The notes under the pieces are model-generated. The model made no database searches. It had not been told where the DNA came from and worked only from the letters and a program-made list of their open reading frames with translations. Of a stretch of DNA of 64,000 bases, positions 1-12,750 are shown one piece after another. Source of the DNA: Eledone cirrhosa (taxonomy: Eukaryota). Where the stretch lies: assembly GCA_964016885.1 (NCBI GenBank), contig OZ024746.1, positions 54,312,001-54,376,000 on the forward strand, read 5' to 3'. The position numbers and the translations under genes were made by a program. Position 1 is the stretch's first letter. The number at the start of each line of letters is the position of its first letter.

Positions 1-1175
1 TTTCTTTCCCATATATATATATGTATATATGTATCTGTTCTCTCTCTCTCTCTCTCACTCGCCCCTCTTTTTTTTCTATTTGAATTTGTTTCGCAATGGC
101 TATTGATACATATGATATTATTTATTTATTTTTAACTCATAAAACTATGTCTATCATTATCCTGTTTTTTTAAATCAAGGATTAAAATAATTTCCGCTTC
201 CGGCTCTGTTTCGATTGTTTTTATAGTTTCATTTCAGAGAGTAAATAATAATAATAAAAATGTAATTAATTATATTCATGCATATTTAAGGAAATGTTTT
301 CAGTGATCAAAACAAAACAAATTATATAAAATATTTAGAGAATTACGAAAAACAAGAACGTATTTAAAGAAATCCATTCCAATCTTCCTTAGCGAAAAGA
401 GTTCTTAAAATTATGGGATTGCTTTTATAGTCTTGTCCGCGGGGCGGAGCCCGCCCCTGGCTCAGAGCCTATTCCCCCTCCTCCTTCCTCTCCACATTCT
501 TCTGTACACTAGAGTCCTTGCCATTCCCTCCCTTTTTCTTTTTTTTTCTTTTTTCCTATTTGCTTTTATTTTTAATTCCATTCTTTCTTCTCAATCTAAA
601 TTTTATCTTTTTATTTTTCTATTAAAATGTATTTACATGATATATTTCATAAATAATTATTTTCATGTTTTATATTATATTACATGATATCTCTAATATC
701 TGATACCAATATGTATTGGCACGTTGATCCGATGGTCCGATGTCCCAAGTGCACGCACACGCAGTCGCACATACACACACACACACAAACACACATATAT
801 ATATAAATATGACGAAAGTACCCATATTTTACTCCTTTACAGTTTTACCTGCATATAGACCCCTGTCTTTATACAACTTTCTTAAACATGTTTGTATGTT
901 GTTTAATAGAAATACTCATTTCTATTCTCCTGTACTCTTTATATTCTGATCGATTACATTTTCCTTTTCCGGTGTCTAAAATATTTTGTAAGATGGTCTA
1001 ATAATATATAAAATTATACAATTTTGGCGTAACGTATGAAATTGTATTTCCAGTAGGGTAGGTGGTTGAAGAGAGTTGATGCTCGCATTCTTTTATCGTC
1101 CATTTATTCATGTGCACATGTACTTATATTCGTATATATATATACGAATATATGTATGTATACGAATATATAGTC

Positions 1176-1219
<44 letters not shown>

Positions 1220-1459
1220 GAATATAAGTACATGTGCACATGAATAAATGGACATGAACGTTAACATATCTCACATAAAATATAATGACTTTCAAAAAAC
1301 CATTCATCCTAATACTCCAATATATGTTAACAACATTACTAACAAAATTCCTAGTAATCAGACTAAAACACCTAAATCAGTTAATCTAACTAAACCTATA
1401 TATATAATACATTCACTAATAGTAACTCTCTTAGTAAACATCCTGATACATCGTATAAA

Positions 1460-3285
1460 TATAAAAAACAATATCGAAACCGTAATCGACGGGTTACTTG
1501 GTATAATGCTCCATTTAATCTACAAATTAAAGATACTATCCCTAACATTTTTTTTACTATTCTAGAGAAAAACTTCCCGCCAACCCATAAATACCATCAA
1601 ATTTTAAATAGATCAACTGTCAAATTTTCCTACTCCACTACCAAAAATATACAACAAAATATAAGTGAGTACAACACATATAAATGTAAAAAAAACCCAC
1701 AAATATACCACCAACACATCAAACCAACCATAATACTAAAATAAACCGCATCAAACCACCATCTCCTTCACCTATAACAAGTCGAGTAAATTCCACACCA
1801 AATTTGACTAACTCACCTGATATAATATTCACGAATGGTTGTAACTGTAGAATCAAAAGAAATTGCCCATTAAAGGGAAATTGTCTTATTAATAACATAG
1901 TCTATAAATGTAAAATTAGCACTAAGGACCCAACTTATTCATATATAGGAGCTACGTCTAACCAATTTAAAATAAGATTTAATATCCACAAACATAGTTT
2001 TAAAAAAATGCAGCATTAGCTAATACAACATCCTTGGCTGAAACAATTAATAATTATAGAAAGAAGAATATCGATTACAACCTGACCTGGAGTGTGCTTA
2101 AAAGTCCACCCCTTATCAAAATAACAGATACGAGTGTAGGTTATGCTCCCAGGAACTTTTTGAAATCATGAAATCTAAGGATATCCTATTAAATAAGCGG
2201 CAGGAATTAATTATATCTTGCAATCATAGAATTAGAAGAACCTTCAAATATTATAAACCTAATTAATATACACCTTACACTTATATTTTACATATTATTA
2301 TAATTAGTTTTTTTTAATTTAGTTAACCTATAATTAGTACTTTCCTACAGAGAACTTCATAATTTTACTTCCCTCTTACAGCTCTCTTTTCCTAAAATTA
2401 ATACCTAAAATTATACCTATAAATTAATTTAATTTCCTGTTATGAATCTAGATTGCTTGTAGTTTATATAAGATTGGTATTTCTCACTACTACCCTTATC
2501 CCAAAATTTTACTTTCCTTCGTTTTTAACAACACTCTTTAATAACATCTAATTCTTATTTATCACATTCATATGAATTAATATAAATGTATCCCTATACG
2601 TATACCTATCGATTAATTTAATTTCTCGTTATAGATCTAGATTCCTTGTGGTTTAAATAAGATTGGTATTTCTCACTAATACCCTAAAATTTTATTTTCC
2701 TTCGTTTTTAACATTATTCTTTAATAACATCAAATTTTGGTGTACCCTTCACTGGCTTGACCTCTTTTCATCCCCAAAGTATGCTTTTCATTCAAAGTAT
2801 TCTTTTCATTCAAAATATAAGTCTGCACTCCTCTACTCCTAAATTAAATTTCTACTACCACTATTCTATCACCTTGACTTCTAACTACTTTTCTATTGGT
2901 CAATTCAAAACCTGTTCCCAAACAGACCTTTTATATTAAATCTTTGTTGTTTTTTTTTCAATAAACAAATCTCATCATTTCTGAAGACAACATGTATATG
3001 TGAAGGTATGTATATTTCTTCTGATAATTTGTAATATTTTTACAAAGATCTATATGATATACATACCAACACACATATACATTCTAGAAACGATCGTAAA
3101 ATGATGAATTTTTTAATATAAAGAACTTGTCCTTAGTTTTTATTTCATTGTTTTTATTAATTTATCTTGACTCTGTTTTCCTATGATTTTCACCGACATT
3201 TTTGAATGCATCTTCTCTTTTCATGATATTTGGATTACATTGAGTTCTTCATACAGATTGGAGACTACCGTATATTTTGGTAGAT
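1460..3285 (+). mobile_element. Penelope-like element, 5'-truncated and frameshifted: RT-EN linker, GIY-YIG endonuclease, then 3' non-coding region with a hammerhead
   Basis: Manual translation gives RNRRVTWYNAPFN and NFPPTHKYHQILNRSTVKFSYST. ORF 1804-2019 gives CNCRIKRNCPLKGNCLINNIVYKC...YIGATSNQFKIRFNIHKHSF. Coding remnant ends near 2263, HHR at 2972-3107, element ends at CT/TA repeats. Confidence 0.85.
2972..3107 (+). ncRNA. Type I hammerhead ribozyme in PLE 3' region
   Basis: tcatcattt-CTGAAGA-(long stem II atgtatatgtg...cacatatacat)-GAAA-cgatcg-TA-aaatgatga. Perfect 9-bp stem I, palindromic stem III. Confidence 0.8.
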
Positions 3286-3341
3286 TTATATATCTATCTC
3301 TCTCTCTATATATATATAGATACGCCCCCCCCCCACCACCA

Positions 3342-3712
<371 letters not shown>

Positions 3713-3774
3713 CAAATTATAAACGTAAACATGTAAGTATGTTTTTGAAACGGTGCGCGAGTTTGAAATGAGAA

Positions 3775-3985
3775 ATTAGAAATTATAAGCTTTCACCGTA
3801 TTTTAGACTAAAGAAATTTCTAGCCTGATAGTGGGGTTTATAACCCTCGGAGAAATGGAAAAAGATGAGTGTTGCCATGTACGGCAACACTCATCTTTTT
3901 TCCATTTCTCCGAGGGTCATAAACCCCACTATCAGGCTAGAAATTTCTTTAGTCTAAAATACGGTGAAAGCTTATAATTTCTAAT
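3775..3985. repeat. Near-perfect hairpin, ~102-bp arms and 6-nt spacer, ending in TA repeat
   Basis: attagaaattataagctttcacc...gtgttgcc atgtac ggcaacac...ggtgaaagcttataatttctaat. Confidence 0.9.
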
Positions 3986-3995
3986 ATATATATAT

Positions 3996-4447
3996 AAGCA
4001 AACAGATATTTAATTTGTTGGTAATTCAACAAATATATTTATAACAGATTCGAAGCACTCGACAAGTTTTCTGGAGTATAATATCAATAATATTAATAAA
4101 TGGAAAACTATATTTATATTTATAAAACCATATTTATTCTTTTATATATATTTCAAGGGTACCAAAACTTTGATACGCCCTCATCAGATAAAATGCAAAG
4201 TTTGTTTTATAAATATTGACATACCCAGGAATGACACCTTAACGGTTCAAGTTTCTCCTGGATAGACTATCCAGGAGAAACTTGAACCGTTAAGGTGTCA
4301 TTCCTGGGTATGTCAATATTTATAAAACAAACTTTGCATTTTATCTGATGAGGGCGTATCAAAGTTTTGGTACCCTTGAAATATATATAAAAGAATAAAT
4401 ATGGTTTTATAAATATAAATAAAGTTTACCATTTATTAATATCATTG

Positions 4448-4451
<4 letters not shown>
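3996..4451. mobile_element. Family B fold-back element (~185-bp arms 4081-4265 / 4267-4451) with a hammerhead on each strand
   Basis: Centre ctcctggatag-a-ctatccaggag. Plus HHR ttttat-CTGATGA(4345)-gggcgtatc...ggtaccctt-GAAA-tatata-TA, mirrored on minus at 4139-4193. Second copy at 14118-14420. Confidence 0.8.
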
Positions 4452-4522
<71 letters not shown>

Positions 4523-4969
4523 ATTATTAATAAGTAGGAACGAGTTGTTAGATCTGGCACGCGCTTCACGATTGATTAGCTCATGCTACGGGTAACTCCC
4601 ATCAGCATCGAACCCGAGAGTCTGATCAACCATTGATTCCCGAGTCGGGACCAATCGATACAGATCGAATCTTGAGCTGATCAATCATGAAACCTTTTAC
4701 GAATATTACACTCTACTTATGAAGGTAACTGACTATAGTTTAACAACAAATGTATAACACCACGTTTTCAACTTAAACGGACCCACATACGCGTCGAGTG
4801 CTTCAGTTCGTGAGCCAACGTTCATGCCAACACAAGAGCAAGAATGAAATGTTCATTCTACTGACATGGATATAAAATTAAGGCTTGTTTGCAAAATTGC
4901 AAACGAATTGAATGTTATTATTAATTTTCGAACAAACTCAGATTACATTTATTATATATATATATATTT

Positions 4970-5131
4970 TAAATATAGAAAAGGCTTCTACAGGGCTATG
5001 ACTGTTTCATTCGGAGGAAATCACCAGGAAAGTTGAAGTCCTGTAGAATCAATTTCTAAATTAGATATTTATACTCTACTATGTATTGAGTAACTTACTT
5101 ACTGTGGTTACCCCCGACTGAACCCGGGAAG
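4970..5131. mobile_element. Family A HHR fold-back copy
   Basis: Minus-strand CTGGTGA...GAAAcagtcatagccctgTAgaagcc (4983-5030), followed by the family tail on plus. Confidence 0.65.
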
Positions 5132-6129
5132 CACACACACACATATACATAATATATATATGTGTGTATATGTGTGCGTGTGCATGTGTGTGTGTATGTA
5201 TGTGTGCATGTGTGTGTGTGTGTGTGGCTGTGTTTGTGTGAATATGTGTACATAAACATAAATAAATCTCTGATATATGAAATATTACGTGAAAAAGCGA
5301 GAGTGAGAGATAGTGAGAGAGAGACTGTCCAAGTAAAATATATCACCGAAGTGAAGAGATTAGATAGATGTTCGTAGAGAAATTTGTAGATTTGACTAAT
5401 ATTAAATGACAAAAATTATGACAGATATTCACAGTAAAGATGGAGAGAACTGAACGATGAGGGAGAAGAGATGAGCGAGGGGAGAAGAAAAAGAAGGAAA
5501 ATTAAATGGAGAAGGAGAAGACAGAGCAGAAGAAGAAGAAGAAGAAGAAGAAGAAGAAGAAGAAGAAGAAGAAGAAGAAGAAGAAAAAATACATGGTGGA
5601 TGCAGTGGGGGAAAAAGTGGAAAAGAAAGAAAAAGAAAATTATTATTTATGAATTAATTGACAGAACATTTAGCTTCACATACACCCAACCACCACCACC
5701 ACCACCACCACCAACAACAACAACCGACCCCACATGATTCACAGACACTACATGATTGTAAGGCCAATGTCTCTAGTAATTAGTCAACACCTAATTACAG
5801 CTAATTAATTATAGGCGTTTCCTTATAGTTTTTTGTTCCTTTTAAGTTGCATAAACTTGTCGAATTAAAATGGTTGCATATAAACTTCTTGAACGTCGAG
5901 AAATTCTTCTTGAAATTATTGAACCCACACTCAAGGGAACTAGCTAATAAGGGAATATCTATGAACTTGTACACCTACGACCTACTAGAAATAGTAGTAA
6001 AATCTTTCTCTAATCAAATTTGATCAAATGTCACATTGACTAGTGTAGATTGAAGTATGATATTTTCTAAGATAGACGGGATCGCACATAGCCGAATTTG
6101 CTTCTATTATATGTAACTAAACTAAATGG

Positions 6130-6340
6130 GTGGTGGATTGGCAGTATCGGTAGAGGGTCTGACGCCATGCTTTGCAGCAAAGAGTTACGGCCCTTTATGA
6201 TCTGAGTTCAAATCCCGCCGAGGTTAACTTTGCCTTTCATCCTTACGGGATCGATAAAAAAAAGTACCAGTCACGCACTGCGGTCGATTTAATCGACTTT
6301 ACCCTCCACCCCAAAATTGATGGCCTTACTCCTTTATTAA
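6130..6340 (+). mobile_element. tRNA-derived SINE with Nin-like central domain
   Basis: A-box-like tggcagtatcggtagag, B-box gagttcaaatcc, core tttgcctttcatccttacgggatcgataaa...gtaccag. More than 10 copies in the window. Confidence 0.8.
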
Positions 6341-7115
6341 AATTTTATATTTGTCTAAACATCAGCGTCATCATCATCAGTAATATCGTCATCATCATCA
6401 TCGTCGCGATCGTCAACAACAGCAAACTGAATCCTCCACCACCAACAATAGCAACAAAACCACAAACAACAATAATGTTTATACTTTTGGCACAATGCCA
6501 GCAATTACCCCAATGCTTTACTCGTTCTTTATTTTATCGACCCCGTAAGGATGAAAGGCAAAGCTAACCTCGGAGGATTTGAACTCAAAACGACAAGCAA
6601 CAATAATAACATCTGTGCAATAGTTTGTAATCCTTTTGATGCTAGTGCTTATATTTATTTGAAAATTTTCCATCATAATCTTGTGTAAGAAACTTTATTA
6701 AGTTATTCTCAAATACAAGACTAATGATGAACCCGTTAATTATATTAGTAAATCTCTCCAAATACTTAATTATTTTTTAAATTATTCATAAAAAGTAAAA
6801 ATAATATTTAAAAAATTGTTTGTAATGGAACCGTATCTTGTTTGGATTTACAGAATTGTAACTTGGTGTTTGAATGAATTGTTCTAGTTTCTATTCTATG
6901 CTCAAATGTCAGTACATCTACCTGCAGCTCATTGCTCATAGATACGTTGCATTACAAACTAATTCACAATTCTAATGTGATGGATCGAACTAAATAATTT
7001 GATATTTGTTTCGACTTTCAGCGCTCTTTGTTCAAATTACATGTAAGTTAATTTTGTTTTCCAGTAATTTAGGGAGGATAAGTAGTTCCAGTCCAAAGCA
7101 TCAGATGGTGGAATT

Positions 7116-7335
7116 AGTGGATTAGCAGTATCGGTAGAGCGTGAAACACCGTGCTTTGCAGCCTAGAGTTTCCCCCCTTTACGTCCATTTACGTTAAAAT
7201 CTCACCGAGGTTAGCTTTGCTTTTCATCCTTATAAGGTCGATAAAATAAAGCTCCAGTAACGCACTGGGCTCGATTTAATCGACTTTCCCCTCCCTTAAA
7301 AAATTGTTGGCCGTGGGACTAAATCAGAAATCATT
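7116..7335 (+). mobile_element. Same SINE family as 6130-6340
   Basis: Collinear similarity in head, core and tail. Confidence 0.75.
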
Positions 7336-7446
7336 ATTAAAAAGTCGGATAGGATACTTTGTAGTTTGTGTTCGTTTTTGTGTGATTGGAGATTAAATAA
7401 AATCACCTCTGGCCTCTGACATCTTGCAATAAAAGTGACAATCTAT

Positions 7447-7680
7447 CTAGGGCGGGTAAAATTCCCGAGATCTATGGACGAGTTCTCTCCCGCGGTCTCT
7501 GTCCCTCATCATCGCTGCCATGTACTGCGTCTCCAAGAGACCAGTGTCTGTCCTTAGGGCATCAACATATATCAACCTCGGTCTCCCTATTCTAGTGTGT
7601 CCTTGCACGGGCTCCCACAGGAGCACTGAGTGCAGTGTCAACTCTGGATGTCGGTGAGCATGTCCAGCTAACCACAGTGA
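7447..7680 (-). pseudogene. 3' end fragment of an RTE-type LINE
   Basis: LAGHAHRH...VLLWEPVQGHTRIGRPRLIYVDALRTDTGL...MMRDRD matches the RTE-like C-terminus. Confidence 0.7.
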
Positions 7681-9559
7681 CAATTCATTGCATTAAAGCT
7701 GCTATTAGAAAAAGCTAACATAAGTTCAAAGCTTTGTCACCAAAATGCATAATTCAACACGCCTGTACAACATAATTAAACATCTCATTATGTTCTTTTA
7801 CTTATTTTGAAAAGTGTAGTTTTCTTCGAAATATATCGAACTCTAATTAAACATTTCCAAGATAACATTTTAACGTATTTATTAATGTTATTTTCTTATC
7901 TTAATACAATGGTATTACAGAACTTTATATTTAAAATTCTCTTCTCACTTTGTTCAACTTCACATTGTTCTGAAGTCGATAAAACGATGTACCAATCGAA
8001 TATGAGTGTCAATATGTTCTGCTAATCTCTCTCTACTCTCTAATCTAAACATCCAAAGTGATAGAACGTCAGATGAAATGTAGTGCGGTATTTATTTAGG
8101 TTCCGTGTGTTGTACGCTCCAATAATAGCTCATCTTTTCCTGGTTGATAAAGTAAACTAATAGAGACAGTAATGGAATCAATTCAACCGACTTTCCGCAC
8201 CACACAAATTCCTGTAACTAAAGTAGAAATACTATTATTACATTATACTAAACTAGTGAACGAAGATTGAGTTGTTAAAGCGTCAGATAGGATGCTTTGT
8301 GGAATTTGTTTCACCTCATTGTATTATGATGCCGTTCAAATATCTTCGATGTTCGTTTCGTAAGTTAATGGGTCTCCCGGTTCACAACACGGCGATGACG
8401 ACGACACCCCCACCACTACATCAAAAACAACAGCAACAACCACCACCACAACCACCACCACCACCACCACTACTCTCACCAACACCATCACCACCAACAC
8501 CAACACCAACACCACCACCACCTCCAACATCATTATCTGACTTTTGGTTTACTTTACTGTAGTCCAATCAACTGCAAGTATTCATGCTAGATTCTCAGGT
8601 TGAGGAGAACTTCCAATGCTCTGTACCACCTATTTCAGAGGCTCTGACTGAACATAAAAAAATAAGAATTATTTCTTTATTGGCCACTAGAGTCGAAAAG
8701 GAGACGATACAAACCTTGCTACTCTCCAGAAGCACCCTTAGAATGTACCCCAAATTCAGTGATAGGAAATAATCGGGTGAAGGTGATGTGTGATTTTAGA
8801 ATACAAACAAAAAATAAGTAGAACACAATAGGTGGGTATTAACAAGGAAAAACATATCTTGCTTCATTATAAATGTCGGTTGCCTCTTTGACACATGAAT
8901 GCATGAAACGGAGGAGAAAATTACCAGTATCTAAGGTGGGAATTGAAACGGATTTGAGTCATTATAGCACCAAAACTTCATCAACAGCAACAGCAACAAC
9001 AGCAAAACAGCAACAAAAACAACACCAACAATAGCAATAATGATAATAATCTGGCTGAATGGACGCCTGTAACGAAGATCCCTGCAAGATTTGAAATAAA
9101 ACGGACATCATTGATAAAACAGTAGGGAACGAAAAAAACGAAAGAACCCTATCAATAATATGTTTTATGAATTGTTAGTCTGTATAATGAACATTTCTTT
9201 CTTAACACTGGAAACTTTGGCAAAAAATGCAACTAGTTGAAAAACAACCACAACTCGACGCGGGAGTGTTTTGAAATCCCGAATAATATCGACCAAAACA
9301 ACAATAGACCAAAAGAAAAACGAAACAAAGACAAAAAACAAACAAACAAAAAAGGAATACAGGTACATGAAATTTATTGATTGTAGTACAAGTGTTCATA
9401 TAATAAAATTAGTGAAAGATGTATATAAAGGAATAGATGTACGGATATTCGTTCTTTGAACTTAAGAAAAAAATGTATGAATACTGAATCACAGAAATTT
9501 AGAAGCACAACCACAGTCTGTTCCGAATAACTTTCGAGCAGGGGACTATTGACATCTTC

Positions 9560-10265
9560 CCGAAGAAATTCTTTACTTGGAAGTGCAGCCGAGGAGAACG
9601 CAGACTCGGGAAAAATATGATAACATACTAGATGAAGCGCCGTATTTTACTCCTCAAGTGCCACAAATACAATCAAGAAAACACAAATGGACACGGCAGG
9701 TATATGATTCTATTCTACGTGCATATATGACGGCAACACTATACCCTAAAATTGAAAACACAAGACACACGTATAGAATCTGGCAAAAAAGAAACCCACA
9801 TCGATTTAAATTCCACCCCAATAAACTAGCAGATTGAAAGAGATACATATAAAAGAAAAATCAGACATGGAAAGAGAGCACTTTAAAGAACAAATACACA
9901 ACGGAAACATAAATAAAGACACAGAACAGAAAACGAACATAAATATATTGAGAATTTAAAACATGAAGATAAAGCCAACATTAGTAAGAAACAAATCGCA
10001 ACAAAACCCAACCTTAAAAGCAATACAGAAACCGATAAAAAACGATTCAAGACAACACATCCAATAATAAAAATGAAAAGAAATATGAGGAGAAAAATGT
10101 AGGAAAAAGAAACCCTAAAGACGAAATGCAAGTCTACAGCAGGATAAATCTGGATATAATCCAAGAATTACAAACAATAAAAGATCTCCCTATGGACCAA
10201 AGAATACAGACAGATAGATAAAAATCAATTATAAAAGACGTTTAAATAGATATCATAGACTTTTG
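9560..10265 (+). pseudogene. Degraded N-terminal fragment of an R4/Dong-type retrotransposon
   Basis: KHKWTRQVYDSILRAYMTATLYP...TYRIWQKRNP...NKLAD aligns with REKWSREDNKEVLEAFYTAMYYP...TYINWKKKHP...NKLAN in ORF 46956-47708. Confidence 0.7.
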
Positions 10266-10740
10266 TGAATCCATCTACTCTCTATAACAGTGATTCAAGT
10301 TGTTTCTCGCCTTTAGATTATCAATATATAGGAAATGGTTCATTTTCTTATTGTAGCGTTTATACCACAGTCGAGTTCAGTTTAATATCTCAGATAATGC
10401 TAGGCAGAAACGTAAGGATGATAGGGAGTCTCCTTGAACACTCAGTGCCTGTATATTGGGTGTACATTGTATTTTCTGCGTACAAAATAATTGTCAATAG
10501 GTTCAGCTTCAGCTTGGCCGCTTCACAAACACACACACACACACATATATATATAGATTAAAATAAAATTATTCATTCATATTGTTCAATACAATTAGAA
10601 GGCTAAAAAGTATATTGCGTTGCTTATTTATATAAATTATATTAAGGTGTAATTATGGATTCTATGTTAAAAGTAAGCAATGCATGATAGCTTTGTCCAG
10701 TATTGGCCCAGAACATGTCGAACTTAATTGCACCAACTAG

Positions 10741-10807
<67 letters not shown>

Positions 10808-10856
10808 GAGAAGAATGGAGTGCTGCTGCGTGGTTGCACATGGGTTACATATGAAT

Positions 10857-11449
10857 AAAATTAGTCATTCATCAGTGATTTTCCAACCGTCGTTGGTATT
10901 TCCTCACTTTAAAAATCATATACCTCTAGTTGGTGCGAGCAATAGCTAAATAAACCTATTGGGACAAGTAATATAGCGTGAAGCGAGCGAGACATGTAAA
11001 CAAACAAATATGGTATTGCAACGGAAAGATAGAAAGAAACAAGTACATGATATCTATTAAGCTTAAGCTAGGTGAATTCATGGACGAGAGATATACAGAC
11101 CATCTGACTTCCACTCGCACACTCTCTGCTTCTCCCTCTCTCTCATTTCCTCTCGTTTAACCTGTGTGAAATCCTTTTCTCGCTCACATCTCACCCATGT
11201 CAGATGGTCTGTATATCTCTCGTCCATGAATTCACCAAGATTAAGCTTAATAGATATCAAGTACTTGTTTCTTTCTATCTTTCCGTTGCAATACCTTTTT
11301 TGTTTGTTTACATGTCTCGCTCACTTCACGCTATATTACTTGTCCCAATAGGTTTATTTAGCTATTGCTCGCACCAACTAGAGGTATATGATTTTTAAAG
11401 CGATGAAATACCAATGACGGGTCGAAAATCACTGACGAAGGACTAATTT

Positions 11450-11450
<1 letters not shown>
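10857..11450. repeat. Large inverted repeat (~250-bp arms, ~90-bp spacer); MITE-like or fold-back element next to (TA)n
   Basis: aaaattagtc...gaccatctgac (10857-11108) is the reverse complement, with scattered mismatches, of gtcagatggtc...gactaatttt (11199-11450). Confidence 0.85.
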
Positions 11451-11501
<51 letters not shown>

Positions 11502-11662
11502 ATATATTTTAAGTATTTCCGAAGAAAAGGCAAAGGAAAAGAGAGTGCTCTATGTATAGAACAGAGTTATTTAATTAGAAAGTGAACAACACAATATATA
11601 ACTACTCCATTCCCAAAGGTTTCAGGAACCTAAACAATATTAAAATATGTCGTTCATAATTC

Positions 11663-11730
11663 CTCTGTCTGATGAACGAACTAGACGTATGTTAATATTG
11701 TCTAGGGTTCTGAAACCTTTTGTAATGGAG
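11663..11730 (+). ncRNA. Type I hammerhead ribozyme inside fold-back 11568-11766
   Basis: ctctgt-CTGATGA-acgaactagac...gtctagggttct-GAAA-ccttttg-TA-atggag. Degenerate inverted copy immediately upstream. Confidence 0.7.
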
Positions 11731-11985
11731 TAGTTATATATTGTGTTGTTAACTTTCTAATTAAATATATACTATTGTATATATTTAATTAGAAAGTTAA
11801 CAACATATATATATATATATAACCAAAATTTTAACAAGGTTCATTGATTAATAAATGAATACAGTTTTACAATAGATTAGAAGCACTCAACAGTGAGGTT
11901 TTCTGGCGATATTAATATTACTTCAAAAATATTAATAAGACTGGAATTGAACCATCAGCACAGTTGAGGTATGTCAGACATCAAT

Positions 11986-12053
11986 TTATTTTATCTGATG
12001 AGGTCGTATTGATGCAATAGCTCAGTACCTCTGAAATATGTTTAATAAAATAA
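11986..12053 (+). ncRNA. Type I hammerhead ribozyme (family C, related to B)
   Basis: ttattttat-CTGATGA-ggtcgtattga...tcagtacctct-GAAA-tatgtt-TA-ataaaataa. 9-bp stem I; stem III mismatched. Confidence 0.65.
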
Positions 12054-12233
12054 GTTTGATCACATGAATGTCTATATTTATTCATATTTTGAAGTAATAT
12101 ATATATATATATGTATGTATATATATATGGGTTTCTGTGTGTCTGTGTGTGTGAGAGTGTAAATATGTGTGTGTGTGCATACTTTCTGATGTACTATAAA
12201 ACGTTGCGGGAAGTAGAGAACTAACATCTAGAG

Positions 12234-12563
12234 CAGCGTTTCTCAACCGGTGTTGCCCGGAACCCTAGGATTCCGCAAAAGTCGCTAGGGGTTCCGCGAG
12301 AACCAGTGATAAATAAACTAATGTATTTTAAAAAGTAATTTTTATTTAATTTTATATTCGTAATTTTAATATACATTTACAGCATAATGTCGGAAAATAG
12401 TTCTTTATTTTAAGAAAGGCTACGACCTCTTATATTATTTAAAATTAGGTCAATATAAGAGATAGATATTAATAATGGTATATAATAATTTTTATGTAGG
12501 GGTTCCCTGAGGCATGAACCTATTTCAAGGGTTCCATAAAGGTAAACAGGTTGAGAAACGCTG
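12234..12563. mobile_element. hAT (Charlie/Buster-like) MITE
   Basis: 15-bp TIRs CAGCGTTTCTCAACC / GGTTGAGAAACGCTG; 8-bp TSD atctagag / ctctagag matching the NTCTAGAN target. Confidence 0.9.
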
Positions 12564-12750
12564 CTCTAGAGCAATGGTCCATATAAAATATGTTGGATAT
12601 GTAGTAGTATATACTTTGAAAAGCCAGTATCGGTGAAACTTCAAAGTAAACCGTGACTTCTCTATTTATAAGTATTGTATATATATATATATATAACGGC
12701 GTTGAATTAGTTTTGCGAAGTTTTTGATATGAAATAGTGTGTCGAAACAA

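Noticed and set aside
438-465. Paired GC boxes (ggggcggagc, ccgcccc) as a promoter
   Set aside because: Isolated motif with no CpG island or downstream gene visible.
938-1010. CTGATCGA-ttaca...tgtaa hammerhead-like remnant
   Set aside because: Core has an insertion and no GAAA; too degenerate to call.
2410-2735. ~190-bp-period tandem duplication
   Set aside because: Diverged internal duplication within the PLE 3' region; no independent signal.
3826-3860. CTGATAG...GAAA as a hammerhead
   Set aside because: Core is not CTGANGA and stems I and III do not form.
6130-6220. tRNA gene
   Set aside because: A/B boxes belong to a SINE head; no cloverleaf, and it continues into the SINE core.
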